Assembly (NCBI RefSeq): GCF_006345805.1
Contig: NC_042997.1
Coordinates: forward strand, 142,414,001-142,478,000
Reading direction: 5' to 3'
Length of the DNA stretch: 64,000 bases
Origin: Octopus sinensis
Lineage: Eukaryota
Shown here: positions 1 to 13,700 of the stretch, piece by piece
Layout of the letters: each line of letters begins with the position of its first letter
How positions within the stretch are numbered: the first letter of the stretch is position 1
Made by a program: the position numbers and the translations under genes
Notes under the pieces: model-generated
Told to the model about the DNA's origin: nothing
Seen by the model: only the letters and a program-made list of their open reading frames with translations
Databases searched by the model: none

Positions 1-598
1 GTTTACTTGACTGAACCTTCTGAGACCTTGTCCGAGCATGGTTTCAGTCCAATGACTGAAGCACATAAAATAATAGAAAATACTATTTCAAAAAATTGAG
101 CACACACAGGATTATATTGTCGTAGATGCACTAGGATTAGGCAATGAAAAATAACAAAAACAGAAAAGATGGTCATGATTGGAATGCATTTAAAAATTAT
201 TTTATTGTATTGTATTGGTCTGGTGTAAGTGGCTGTATCCATGGCCTTGCAGACTGTCTGAGGTAAGACTGACATAGTTAACATTCTGTTACTTAGAGGT
301 TCTGCAAAAGGAACTGGTAGAATAAGCATCAAACTTTAGGAAAAAAAGTAAGTACTAGGGTCAGTTCATCAAGGTGCTGCCCCAGCATGGCTGCAGTCAG
401 AGTGAAATGAGTAAAAAGAAAGATTTCTTTTGAACAGTTGAAAGTAAGTGGTTACAGGAAAAACGGAATTTGGTAACTACTATGCCACTTAGCAAGCAGT
501 AGATATAGAGCAATGTTTTTCAATCACTTTTTCCCCATACCCCACTTTGATTTTTTTTAAATCTCACTCTTTCTCTCCATGAATGAACAGAGTTAGTA

Positions 599-800
599 TA
601 CAGTAATCCTTCAATTATAGCAGGTGTTACATTCCAAAACACCTGCAATAGGTGAAAATCTGCTAAGTAGAAACAGTACTGTAGTGTATATTTTTTATTA
701 TTATTTTTATGATATGTATATATATTTATTTTATTATAAATGCAAAACAACACCACAGAGAAACCGATATAAGCTTAAATAATACACCATGATAGGTGAA
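599..800 (+). mobile_element. pogo/Tigger-like MITE remnant (left end)
   Basis: TA-CAGTAATCCTTCAATTATAGCAGGTGTTACATTCCAAAACACCTGCAATAGGTGAAAATC resembles pogo-type ends; no matching right end found. Confidence 0.4.
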
Positions 801-999
801 TCATTAATGTTTAACGGCGGTGCATCAGTATGGCTGTAGCTCTGAGCTGAAACTAGAGAGAAGAGTATAGGATAAGATTGAAATCTTATTGCATGTTATA
901 TTCATTTGTTGTTTATTTATGCTCCATTTTGAAGTCACACATCCCACCAAAATGCTTCCACCCACCCACCCTAGTGGGGCATGCACCCCATCTTGAGAA

Positions 1000-1190
1000 A
1001 AAGTGGTGTAAAATCAGATCAGGGCTTGGAGAGTGGGTTGTAATATGAATGATGAGAAGTGGTATTGTAAGATCTACCAATGCTGAAGAGCAGAGGCCAG
1101 TATAGTATCTGTATAAAAAGCAGCGAGAGGAGACAATTCGTCGGTGGGACAGAAGGTGGAGTGAGTTAGTGATAAATTTCATGCCGACAT
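1000..1190 (-). mobile_element. CR1/L2-group LINE ORF2 C-terminal fragment
   Basis: ITNSLHLLSHRRIVSSRCFLYRYYTGLCSSALVDL resembles the post-RT L+PL+HRR+V++L+LFYRYY+G+CS+EL motif. Confidence 0.75.
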
Positions 1191-1944
1191 CCTGAATAAC
1201 AAGAGGCTATTTATAACCCAGTCATTGAATATTGTTTTAGAAAAAATCCATTTCAGTTGCATAGACATTAAAATGTAATATTGATGGCATCAGTTTCACC
1301 AGTCTGAGAGGGCCTGCAAGGGTCATGGGCTGTGTCCCTTCCTTCAGACCCAGCAAGTAGAAATATATATATAAGGATGATTGAATCAGATCCATAGGCT
1401 AAAGGTGAGCTGCAGGAACCAATGTGTCCGAATAACATCAAATAGCTGGAAATGAGACCAATGATATATATATATATATGATGGAGATTGGAGATGTAAG
1501 TCTAGAGTTGTTATTGCATTCTGTATTTAAGGTTCCTCCAACACTTAAACATTTGCCATTAAAGTCAGATCTTTTCCTGAATGGGAAAGTGTAGATGATT
1601 CTTAATAGATCATCATTGTTAACAGCAAATTTACCATAATTTCCCAAAGGTCTGATTTTCCATCACTTCACTTTGAATTGTTTACAAATAACTGAAAGAA
1701 CTTGATTGGTTGCTAATCAACTGTCAGACAGAGAAATTTATTTCAGATTGGAAAACCCTAAGAGACAAGTTTGGAACTATTGGAGCTAAGTAGTCTTAGC
1801 TTTAAATACAGGAAACTTAACTTCCTAGAAGGAAATTTAGTGCCACAGATCATGTACACATTTGCTATAAGCATTTGAACTTCACATCTTACAATACCAT
1901 CTTAATAAAACAAATTCAGGATAATAGCTGTCATACAAAGAATA

Positions 1945-1949
1945 CATTC

Positions 1950-1993
<44 letters not shown>

Positions 1994-2005
1994 TAATAAT
2001 AATAC
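1945..2005. repeat. (AAT)n microsatellite
   Basis: Direct reading. Confidence 0.95.
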
Positions 2006-3571
2006 TTATAATTATTGAGGTTTTGTACTAATAAATGATATCAAAGAAATATTTTAAAACATTTCTTTCTCTTCTCTTTCTTTCTCTCTCTTTTCTGTTA
2101 TCTCTGTTCTTGCCTCTTTTTTTTATTCTCAAATAGTTTTATTGAACTAGAATTAACCTTTCTCTCTAAATGTCAGACCAACAATAGACTACAGAAACTG
2201 TCTCCTGCTGCTTTTTAAATATAGTAAAAAAAAAATAATAAAATAAAAGAATAAATAAATGCATTTTTAGTAGTTAACATCTATGAACATAATGGAAAGA
2301 TAAACAAATTTCTACTAGTGATGTCATTGTCATCATCATCATCATCACCATCATTTAACATCCACTTTTCCATGCTCACATGGGTCAGATGGATTTTGCT
2401 GAGATAGATTTTCTATGGCTAGATGCTGTTCCTGTCACCAACTGTCACCTGTTTCCAAGTAAGGTGATATGACCAGATATATCTTCATGAGATCGGCAGC
2501 AAAGGACATCATTTGCTTGACAATGGCATTCGCTTTTAGACTGTGAAGGCAAGATAGCAGTAACACATACTTGCGTGTGCATGCATGCACACACATGCAC
2601 ACGCACACACACACACACAGACGATGTTTTTTTTCTGTTTCTGTCTACTAAATCCACTCACAAAGCTTTGGTCAACTTGTGACTATGATAGCAGACATTT
2701 GCATAAAGTGTCAGACAGTGGGACTGAACCCTAAACCTTGTGATTGGGAAGTAAATTTCTTACCATACAAACACATCTGTACTTATACACAACATGCTCC
2801 AGCTTGACTACAGCTGCATGGCTGAATTGAGTGAAAGAATAGGGTTATTATTAGCTCTGTTTTGGCAGTGAAACTCCAACCCTCTCTCATTGTTGAAACA
2901 TTGCTTCTTTATCTTTGTTCTATAAAAACTTCTATGGTCATTCTTCTCTTTGAACCTCCTCTTAAGGTTACTAATTAAGTAATTTGTCTGTTTTTCTTAT
3001 TGTCTTCATTTCACTGTTGTCTTCTCCTCCAAAATGTGTTTTAATTTTAGTCTTTGAAATTCTGTCTTGAAGAACTCTGTTCTTGTTTCCAAAATAAATA
3101 TGATGTTAGTTCTTTTAAAAGCTTGCATAAATCATTTTATGAATCTTAAGGCAGCTTTTTATTGTATTAAAAAGAAATTTTTAATAACATATTTTCTTTT
3201 GTGATTCTTCACATTCTGAGTATTTGTTGGATGCTTGTTCTATTGCTGGTCACTTGCCATATTATTGAAGTGACTTCCAGTAAAAAAAAAAAAAGTAAAA
3301 AAAAAAGAACAATAATTTCTGCTGTTGTATTCCAAATTGAAGCATTTATATACTGACCTTTGATGACAATGATATAACATGGAATATTATGTTACAAGTT
3401 CCAGTTAAAATAATAGCTGCAAATATATTAAAAAGATGTGAAAAAATACCACTCACATGCTATAAGTGTCAGCTGAAAAGCTAATAAGCTTTCCAAGCTC
3501 TATGTAAGCTATTCAAAGTAGATTTCTCACATATTTTTAAAGACATTAATATGTATGTATGTACTATATAT

Positions 3572-4034
3572 ATTTGCCAGTTCTGTCTGGCAACCGTGTC
3601 GGTGGCACGTAAAAGCACCATCCGTTCGCGTCCGTTGCCAGCCTCGGCTGGCCCCCATGCCGGTGACACATAAAAGCACCGTCCGTTCGTGGCCGTTTGC
3701 CAGCTCTGTCTGGCCCCGTGTCGGTGGCACGTAAAAGCACCATCTGTTCGTGTCCGTTGCCAGCATCGCCTGGCCCCGTGCCGGTGACACGTAAAAGCAC
3801 CATCCGTTCGTGGCCGTTCGCCAGCTCTGTCTGGCACCTGTGCAGGTGGCACGTAAAAAACACCCACTACACTCGCGGAGTGGTTGGCGTTAGGAAGGGC
3901 ATCCAGCCGTAGAACACTGCCAGATCTGACTGGGCCTGACGAAGCCTTCCAGCTTCACAGACCCCAGTTGACCCGTCCAACCCATGCTAGCATGGAAAGC
4001 GGACGCTAAACGATGATGATGATGATGATGATGA
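3572..4034 (+). mobile_element. Young 5'-truncated RTE 3' UTR copy with a 60-62 bp tandem array and (GAT)n tail
   Basis: AAAAGCACC recurs at 3611, 3672, 3733 and 3793 (variant near 3855). CpG-rich; the tail matches the RTE UTR at 62448-62720. Confidence 0.8.
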
Positions 4035-4368
4035 TATATATATATATATACATATATATATACACACACACACATCGCACTAGATAAACTATGGCTTTGT
4101 TGAGTACAGGTTTGCAATAGGCCAGTCACTAATTCATAGCATATCAGATAGCAAGTATTTGTAACTCAATACAGAAAATGTATATGACATTTTGTTTGAA
4201 GCACTTTTTTGTTGTCTTGTTGATGTTTATATTCTTTATAATTTTATGATTCTTAAGGTAGCTGAAGTGAATAAAAGATATAGTTAAAAATATATTCCTT
4301 TCTTTAGAAATTTATCTTAAGAAAATCTTTTTAATTTTTTAAATTCATAACATAAATCTATTTCGATT

Positions 4369-4564
4369 TGTTGTGTCTGGGGGGGAGTCATTTTCTTTTT
4401 GTGCCTTATAATGTAATAACCTTTTCAACAGTCTTGACTATAGTCGGTTGCAAGGTGCAACGAAAATTTTAGGAAAATAAAAATAAGAAATAAGTGGAAA
4501 TTTTACCGGTGAGTGTGTTACATTATAAGGCACAAAAAGAAAATGACTCTCCCCAGACACAACA
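4369..4564. repeat. Inverted repeat, about 48-bp arms (4369-4416 / 4518-4564)
   Basis: TGTTGTGTCTGGGG.GAGTCATTTTCTTTTTGTGCCTTATAATGTAA and its reverse complement, near-identical. Confidence 0.9.
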
Positions 4565-4949
4565 GAATATGCTTCAACACACGAACTCACATAAAGAATC
4601 TTGCAAACCAAATCCAAAAACGAAATATTTCAATTTGGTTATCACCAGTATAACAAAATACACTTCGGTTGAGTTAAGAGATGGATGAGCAAGAAGTTCA
4701 TGTGAAGCTCCAAAGACAAAATATTTACAATTATCAAAACAAAGTGCTGTTTCAGAGAACAGCAAACAGAAAAGAATATATTGAAGCCAGGTGAAATAAT
4801 TTCAGTAGTTCATGTGAAATGTTGTGTCCTAACAAGGACGGTTGCAGTGAGTGGTGTAGATTCTAGCAGCTAGTTGGTTTAACCCTATAGCATTTAAATT
4901 GGCCATATCCAACCAAACTGACCAAATCCAGGCTGTCACATCTACCCTA

Positions 4950-5166
4950 TTTCTTTAATACCCACAGAAAGGACAAACAAGGACAGACAAACAGATTAAG
5001 TCGATTATATCAACCCCTGTGCATAACTGGTACTTATTTAATTGACCCGGAAAGGATGAAAGGCAAAGTCGACCTGGGCGGAATTTGAACTCAGAACGTA
5101 GCGGCAGACGAAATACCGCTAAGCATTTCACCCAGCATGCTAATGTTTCTGCCAGCTCGCTGCCTT
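4950..5166 (-). mobile_element. tRNA-derived SINE, family A, with 16-bp TSD
   Basis: TGTCACATCTACCCTA at 4934-4949 and 5167-5182; B-box-like GAGTTCAAATTCC on the minus strand. Confidence 0.9.
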
Positions 5167-5607
5167 TGTCACATCTACCCTACTATGTTATTTATTCTAC
5201 TTTAAATAATCACATCATCAAAATCTCAAGGATGTGAGATAATGCATGATTAATTCAAAACAATGTGAACCAACAAGCATTACATTTGATAGAATGACTT
5301 GACCCACTAAATGTTTCAGCTGTGCCAATACTACTAACAGTGTCATTGTCATTGTGATTCATTGCCTATTTTGAGTGCCATAAATTCCTGCAGCTAGTGG
5401 TCTTGGCTACAGGAATTTACTGGCTAATGACGATGAAGATGATAATCATGATATTCCCCATTACGCTCTCAGAGTGGTTGGTGTTAGGAAGGGCATCCAG
5501 CTGTAGAGAACCATGTCAAATCAGACTGGAGCCTGCCACAGCCTTCCACTGTGCCAGCCCAGTCAAACTGTCCAACCCATGCCAGCATGGACAATGGATG
5601 TCAAATG

Positions 5608-5672
5608 ATGGTGGTGGTGGTGGTGGTGGTGGTGGTGGTAGTAGTGGTGGTGTGGTGTGTGTATGTGTGTGT
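5608..5672. repeat. (GGT)n / (GT)n microsatellite
   Basis: Direct reading. Confidence 0.95.
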
Positions 5673-6402
5673 GTTTCAAGTTTTTTCTGAATACTGATTA
5701 CTAAAATGCTTGGGTCTTTCCTCTAATGTTAATTTGTTTCTGAAAAAAAAATAGTGATAAATATTTCTTTCCCTATGAAAAATAAACGACTAAAAAGTAA
5801 ATCATTGTAAAATAGTCATCAGCAAAATATGTCAACCATGAAACACATACGTTAAACTATTTTCCAAGAGAAATGACAACTCATTTATAAACTGTGAAAT
5901 TATCAATCAATATGCATTAAAAATTTATCTATTGATTGTTTGCAGCTTATTTTAAGGGTAAGGAATATGCTTGGCATAAAAAATTCTAATTTTTTAATGT
6001 GTCATCATTATCATCATCATCATCTTCTATTGTCCATTTTCCATGCTGGCATGGGTTGGACCGTTTGACAGGAGCTGGCAAGCCTGAGAGCTGCTCTAGA
6101 CTCCAATTGTCTGTCCTGGCATGGTTTCTATGGCCAGACGCCCTTCCTAATGCAAACCACTCAAGAGTGTACGAGGTGCTTTTACATGGCACCAGCACCG
6201 GTGCTTTTTATGTGACACCGGCATTGGTGCTTCTTATGTGGCACTAGCATGGGTGTATGTATGTGTGTATAATCATCATCCATCATTTAATGTCCACCTT
6301 CCGTGTTAGCATGAGTGGCACGATTTTACAAGAGCCAGCCAAGTAGAAACCTGCACCAGACTTCTGTGATTGTTTTGACAGGATTTTTACAGCTGGATGC
6401 CC

Positions 6403-6444
<42 letters not shown>

Positions 6445-6492
6445 ATATTGTTGCTGAACTTATATATATATATATATATATATATAGATAGA

Positions 6493-7780
6493 TAGATGGT
6501 CATCCCATAAGTTCTGTCTGATTTTACCTCTTTTTAAAATTGAATGAAATTTATAGTATTTTAGAATGTCTAATGGAATTAAAAATTATTTTTATGCATT
6601 TGTGTACATTTAAACTAATTAAATATTATTTTACAGAATAATAGAATTAAAATTTCTTTCATTAAAACCCTTTCTAATATGGAAGTATCCAAAGAGCATT
6701 TGAGGCACATAATGCTTTATGAATACAAATAAGGAAACTCTGCAACCGAAGCGACTCAAAACATACACTCAGTTTATGGGAAAGAATGCTTGAATGAAAG
6801 AACTTGCAGAAGATGGTTTGCAAAATTCAGAAGTGGAGATTTCAGCCTTGAAGATGAAGATTGAACAGGATGTCCAGTTGAGTTTGATGATAAGCTCCTT
6901 GAGGCATTACTTGAAGAAATTCCTGCATTATCAGTTGAAGAATTGGCAATAATGCTTATTTCAAACCATACAACTGTTCATCGTCAACTTCAACAACTTG
7001 GAAAGGTTCCTAAATTTGGAAAACGGGTGCCTCATGAATTGTCCGAAAGCAACCACAAATCTCGAGTTGACATCTGCTCTTCTCTCCATTCTCGTGAACT
7101 CATTTCACCCTTTTTGGATAGACTTGTGACTGGTGACAAAAATTAGATCTTCTATCGAAATGTTAAATATCATAAACAATGGCTTGGTAAAAGGGAAAAG
7201 GCTCAACCACAACCGAGAGGGAAACTTCATGGGAAAAAGGTTCTTCTCTCTATCTGGTGGGATTGTTACCACCTAATGCAACAACCAATACTCAAGTCTA
7301 CTGTCAGTAATTAGAGCATTTGAACCAAGCATTGAAGAAATAAAAAGAACGTTTTAGTGAATCAAAAAGGAGTGATGTTTCATTAGGACAATGCGCAACC
7401 TCACACTGCAAAGATCACATCACAGAAAATCGAAGGGCTTGGTTGAGAAAAAATTCCTCATCCATCTTATTTGCTCCTTCAGATTACCATTTGTTTTGTA
7501 GTTTACAGAATCATTTGGGGGATATAACTTTTGCAACCCATGCAACTGACCATGCATTTGGGGGATATAACTTTTGCAACTTTTGCAACTGACATTTCAG
7601 AGTTCTTTGATTTGAAACCAAAAGAATTTTACATTGATTGGATTAAAAAGCTTGTTAATAGATGGAAGTCATAGATAATCAGGGAAAGTACATTGATGAT
7701 TAAATTTCAATTAAATATAACATTTGATCACTTGTTTTCTTTATTCAAAATTCAGACAGAACTTATGGGATGATCTGATA
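6493..7780 (+). mobile_element. Full-length inactive mariner (Tc1/mariner, DD34D-type) DNA transposon, about 1.29 kb
   Basis: TIRs ...TCATCCCATAAGTTCTGTCTGA (6493-6521) and TCAGACAGAACTTATGGGATGA... (7752-7780), TA-rich flanks, length typical of mariners, transposase relic inside. Confidence 0.95.
6679..7703 (+). pseudogene. Mariner transposase pseudogene
   Basis: Translates MEVSKEHLRHIMLYEYK*GNSATEATQNIHSVYGKECLNERTCRRWFAKFRSGDFSLEDE, then RVPHELS (WVPHEL motif), TGDKN (TGDEKW), *DNAQPH (HDNARPH) and LAPSDYHLF. Stops at 6730, 6862 and 7144 plus frameshifts. Confidence 0.95.
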
Positions 7781-10700
7781 TATATATTATAAGAGGATCA
7801 TTAAACCAAATAGTTAAAAGTTGACTTCACAACCATGAGCTGTGGTATTTTCCAAAATCTCAGATTAATCTATGCCTTGTAATTCAAATTAGGTAGTCAG
7901 AGACAATATGGAAGTCCATTAGCTAGATTGTATCTAATCCAAAGGTATAACCTTGTCATATATTGTGTCATACTGATTCTGACTGAGTATTACATTAAGA
8001 GTGCATGTTAATGTGGAATACTCAGCCACTTATATGCTAACTCACTGTTCGAACAACTGAATCTCTATCATCAACCAATAGAGAACTATCTATACATATG
8101 TACGTGCTTGTGTGTGTAAATGATTTAGATGTCAATAATTCTATTTAAAAAAGCTAGAAAATATTATACTTGCTTACATGCAATAGTGTTATTTAAAGAA
8201 TAAAGAATCTTTAGAGATCATCCAATCCTTCAATGTTGTTGGTTTTTATCCCCAAAAAAGTGTAGTATTTGATCTATCAAGAATTATTACTAATAGGCAT
8301 TACAGGATGAAGAATGAAGAACAGTAAATCACATTCTGTCAAAAGCTTATATAATTATATAGATTGAAATGGTTTGTTATATAAAGAATATTTTCTTATG
8401 CACATATCTGATTTTTCTTGTGCATATGTTGTGAGTATTAGGAACATCAGAAATATATATTCAAAATATTTATACTGTTATAAATATTTATATGATCTCT
8501 TAACCATCATAATTCTTTCTGGTTGTATGAGGGATGATTCTTTGAAGTGTTTGGTTATAGGAAGGACATTAAGTGCTCAAATTCATATTCCAACTATTCC
8601 TGCATATATCTTAATTTGCATAAGCAACCAATTCATACAAAGGTATTCTAGTTATGACCATCCCGTGTTATTTTCCCCCTCTTCAGATGGTGTGCATTCA
8701 AGACTATGTTATACAACTCAGCCTTAGATATTATATTTTTCAAGATAGTAAGGTGCGATTTGAGGGAATTTAGCTTCTATTTCTTGCAAAACAAGTGACT
8801 ATGTAGAGATTCCCTTGCTTGCTTATAGAAAAAGAAAAAGAATATTGTCATTGCTTTGTTAGAGAAAAAAGGTTGTACCAGTTACACTTTTTCAGGGCCT
8901 CCAAAACTGCTGGGAGAAGTAGGGGAAGTCATCCTTGGACTCTCCAAAAAGCACTGGTGGCTAGACAGTGGTGTTAAACTGAGTAGTAGGCTTCCACAGA
9001 ATCTCTACCTACCAAATTTCATTCACAAGGTCTTTGATTGGTCTGAATCAAATGTAAGAAATACAGTAATATAATACTGTTATGTAACTGTTTAATCTTG
9101 GTCTGATAATGTAGTGAAGATGTCTGGTATATTAAAGACAACTTAATATAGATAGCTCAGTGTACTCTTAATAGAAAATGGACTCCTTTATTGTGAACAA
9201 CATAAAAATTGCATCTCATGAAATATCAAAGACCTTATCATATGATTAATACTAACATGAAATAATAGAACATTTCATATTGTTCTTATAAGAATTACTG
9301 ATTCATTTATGCTTTATATTCCCCGATAAATTAACAGTAACATCACTGAGTTTAACAATATAATGTATCATTTCTATTCAGCTGTATTCGTCTTTATATC
9401 TTATAAATCCTTGTATATTAATTGGATTGTTTTACTTGGAATAACTTTAGAATTAATCTTGGTGTGTGTAGTTTAGAGTGAAAAGATTTTTGTTTTGATA
9501 AAGCAAGAAGCAAGTGACATTTTATATTGCTGGGATAAGAATATTATTTCATATTTCATGGCACTGGGGTTTATTTTGTGGCCCTTCATATCCCATGGTT
9601 CAGTAAATATCAGATTGAAATAAGAACTGGGGTTGATAGGTACAGATATGGTAGTGTGTTTAAGAAGCTCACTTTGCAACCACATGGTTTCGAGTTCAGT
9701 CCCACTGCATGACACCTTGGGTAAGAGTTTTCAACTATAGCCCTGGGCTGACCAATACCTTGTGCATGAATTTGATAAACAAAAACCATCATGTGTGTGT
9801 GTGTGACTGTACATGTGTTTTGTGTCTGTATTTGTCTCCTACAACCACTTGACAACCAGTGTTGGTTTGTTTATGATCTCTTAATGGTTCAGTAAAAAAA
9901 GGTCAATAGAATAAGTACCAAACTTGAAAAACAAGTACCGAGGTTGATTTGTTTGACTGAAATTCTTCAAGGTGGTTCCCCAGCATGGCTACAGCTCAGT
10001 GACTGAAACAAGTAAAAGATAAAAGAACTAAAGTTTTGAAGATTTCCCCCTCTGTGGTTCTTGTCTAATTATTGAAACCAGTAAAAGGATTGTACTCAAT
10101 ACTGAGTAGATATCTTACACTGATAGCATAAAGATCACAAACATAATTATATAAATGTCTTTGTAATCATATTTTCCAAGTCATGTCTATTTGTGAGTGC
10201 ACCATGCAGCAATTTCTGTTCATCTCTCATAGAGAGTCCACTTTCCTTACATCATCATCATCAACTCCTGTACATTACTGTCTCAAGTCCCAGGGCTCAT
10301 AGGGCCAGTTGCCTAGTCTCCATGTTGTGTAAGTGACTGAGCTTACAACATTCTCCCTGACCAGGGTGCCAGTCTGTTGCTGGGTCACTCATTTACAGCT
10401 GAGTGAACTGAAGCTAAATGAAATGAAGTGTTTTGCTCAAGAACACCATGCACTGCGTAGTTTGAGAATTGAAACCATGATCTGAGGATTATGAGTGCAA
10501 CACCCTAATCACTAAGCCATGCGCTTTCACATTGGGGCCAAAAAATCTTATTTCAAACATCTGCTGATTTTTTTACAAACTTCTACACTGAATTTATTTA
10601 TTACTCACTTATTTGGGATAGTACATTTATACCTTTACACCCATATTCTATACAGAATTCATGGTGTTTATTATCTTGTAAAAGGCAATCCTATACTGAC

Positions 10701-13700
10701 CAATAAATTTCAAACAATGACTCACTGTCAATCCGGTACACCTTTATCTCTTTAACATACTTCAGTTTTACTGAACTTGATAACTTAATGGCACCCCGTC
10801 GAAAGCCACCCAATGTAACTGATTTTCTACCAATATCCCTTACCATTTCATGTTACAAACACCACATTAAACATTTCTTTAAACTTTCCTTCCACAAAAC
10901 TGCATTCTTCTAAATCCTCTTTCTTCCCTGTTGTTCTGTTTAATTAATAACCTTCAGCAATCTTCAGCGTGAAATCCACTCAGTAAACGTAATCATTTAT
11001 AAAAGAGAGAATCCATAGAATATTGATAGATTTAGTTGTCATGATGCATGAAAACTCTAATATTTTAAGCTGTTGTCCTTCATTGATTAACTGTTGCCAA
11101 CACAGAGCCTGTCCAGTTTTCTCAGATTCTGGATTTACTCCAATCATATATAGCTCCAGTCTTGGGTGATAGACTTAATCCATTTCCTGGTTTAGCATCA
11201 CCATCTGGTCATGAATACTGTTCTGATTACTAAGACTAAGCGATTACAAAAAAAAAACAAAAAAAACTGTTGAGACCAGAGGTTAAGACAGCTCACTGTT
11301 ATTTATTCTTTTCCTCCTCTCCTTCCATTTACCCTTTTACAGAAATTACTTTGTCAAATGTAATGCTTATTTATTCGCATTGTTTTCAATAAATCATTCA
11401 TTACCTTGGGGCTACAAGATTTTGATGATGTGATTGTTTATTTTTTTAAATGACATTGTGGGGTACTTGTGATAGGCTGGATCTGGTTGGTTTAAACACA
11501 AAACAGAATATTTGGGTTGAATATAGCTGGCTTAAATGCTATAGACTTTAAAAGCACATGCACATCTATAAATACATGTTCCTTCATGAACATATGTGGA
11601 GTACACTTCTCACAAACAGCTAAACTTTACATAAGTTGTCCTTAAAAGAAAATTAGATTTCCCATCCTGTTTCTGCTGTTCCTATTCATATAATCTACAA
11701 GAAATCTAGATATACTCTCCACATCAACTTCAACATAAAATGAGCAATTCTTTTAATAAAACCCACCATTAGTATAACCATTATTGTAGTGCAATATACT
11801 TATATAATAAATATATGTATACATACATGTATTAATATATACAATATAGAGCAGAAATTGTTTCTGCTTTCATTTCTACATTATATTTCTCTGCCAGAGG
11901 AAACAAATTTATCTTAAAATATGGTTTATCATTTTCAGAAACCTTTTTGTTGTAAATGCCTGCATTTCAGCTTTTCCATTGGTATTTTCAATAAACTGGC
12001 AAATGTTCTACTGTGTAAAAGTCTACTAATCTATTATCTTTTGATAAAGTTGGGCATAAAAAAAAATGTGCCTGAATATCTTTTTATAACTGCTACATAT
12101 TCAACTGTTAACATCTATTTTTTGTCTTATGTGGGGAATTATTAATATTGTATTGTATCTTGGGAAATCATTATGCTAATAATAAATTCACACAATTGTT
12201 CTATCTCACTTCTTTTACTATCATTTTCCAACTAGTTAACCATTCAGCTGATCAATTGTTTCATTAATCATTCAGTCAATTTATTGACCAATAATAATAA
12301 AAGAAGTGAAATAGAGCAAGTGCATGTGTTTATTATTGGCATAATGACCCTCCCAAGGTAGAACAAACTCTATTTCAACCCACAAGTACAAATCAAGAAT
12401 CTTGCAAACCAAACACAAAAACAAAATTAATATTGTATATCTAGCAAAAACCTCTGCTTTAACATTAAGCCATAGAAATTTGTATCCTTTTTTGTTTTAA
12501 TTCCTCTCTGCTGAAGCAAATTGAATGTTGGTTGTGTAAGGACATTTCCTTTGATTTCATCAGTTCATCAGTTTTAATTCTAGGTTTTCATCCTTCATGT
12601 TTCATATCATCCGCCCTTATCATAGTATGTTATTTCAATTTTTGTTGTATACCTCTTAACTGATTTAAAAATGGAAAACATGCTTTTCCCTTTGGATTGG
12701 CAGTCATTAGAGTGTCAAGACAAAATGCTTTGCAGTATTCATTCTGTCTCTTTACATTCTGAGTTCAATTCCTGCTTGGATCAACTTTGCCTTTTAACCT
12801 TTCAGGATAGATAAACCAAAGTATCAGTGAAGTACTGAGGTTGATGGTATCAGCTAACTCCCATCAAAATTGACTGAATCAGAAACCATTATTTATGCTT
12901 TCAGCTTCTATATGTTAGCTTTGTCCTCAAATCTAATTGCATAATTGTAATATTATTCACACCAGTAATCTGGGGACCTGAACTCATAAATGTAAATTTT
13001 GAATAAAATACAAACAATATTCCATCATCATACACATTTAACTGTCCTTCACATTCACCATGTAATTCTTGAAAGGAATTGTTTTAACAAGGTTTTGTTA
13101 TTTTCCCAACATAGGTGTCTAAGTGCATTTGCACTCTAAATTATGAAAAACATCTGTACTTCAGACTTCTATTAATGCTATTGCAGTGACTCCTACTGCT
13201 CTTTTTTTTTTTTTTGTTTCTATTATTTAATTTGAGATAAGGAAGATTAGTGTCCAAAGCCTTTTCATACCTTCCAAGATTGTTGGTTAGTAGTAGTAAT
13301 ATTACTGACTCAGAATCATTCTAAACTCTTAATAGTAATTGCTGCTGCTGTAGCAATGTAATAAGCTAAATATCTGAGCATGATATACATGTCATTCAAT
13401 CTTTATTATTTCACGACACTGATTCTCAATGCTTCATACTCATGCCTGGGGCAATAGATGTTGCAATTGTATCATTGTTTAGTGAGGAGACTACATAAAT
13501 ATTTGAGCATCAACTGTCAGGATTTATGTGTCTTTGTTTTTTTGTACTGAAGCCAACCAAATAGCAAGTGATTGCTTCCATTCATAGTATCATAACAGCC
13601 AACAAAACTATTCAATTCAATTTGTCATTGTATACAAATACAACAAAATGTCATGGCTTCAAACCTTTCTGCAGTAATTCTATTATACTTGGTCAACAAG

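Noticed and set aside
3-332. 109-aa hydrophobic ORF resembling a membrane protein
   Set aside because: Both ends overlap family-B SINE tail fragments and no motif is recognisable; AT-rich chance ORF.
1753-1795. DWKTLRDKFGTIGAK, reminiscent of RRM or MADF peptides
   Set aside because: Too short, weak donor, immediate stop and no neighbouring supporting exon.
3457-3472. 16-nt minus-strand microexon candidate (TTTTCAG|...|GTGAGT)
   Set aside because: Short pyrimidine tract, not a multiple of three, expected by chance in 64 kb.
3481-3912. Several overlapping repetitive ORFs; possible CRISPR-like array
   Set aside because: They result from the 61-bp tandem repeat. Units are contiguous with no unique spacers, and no cas genes are present.
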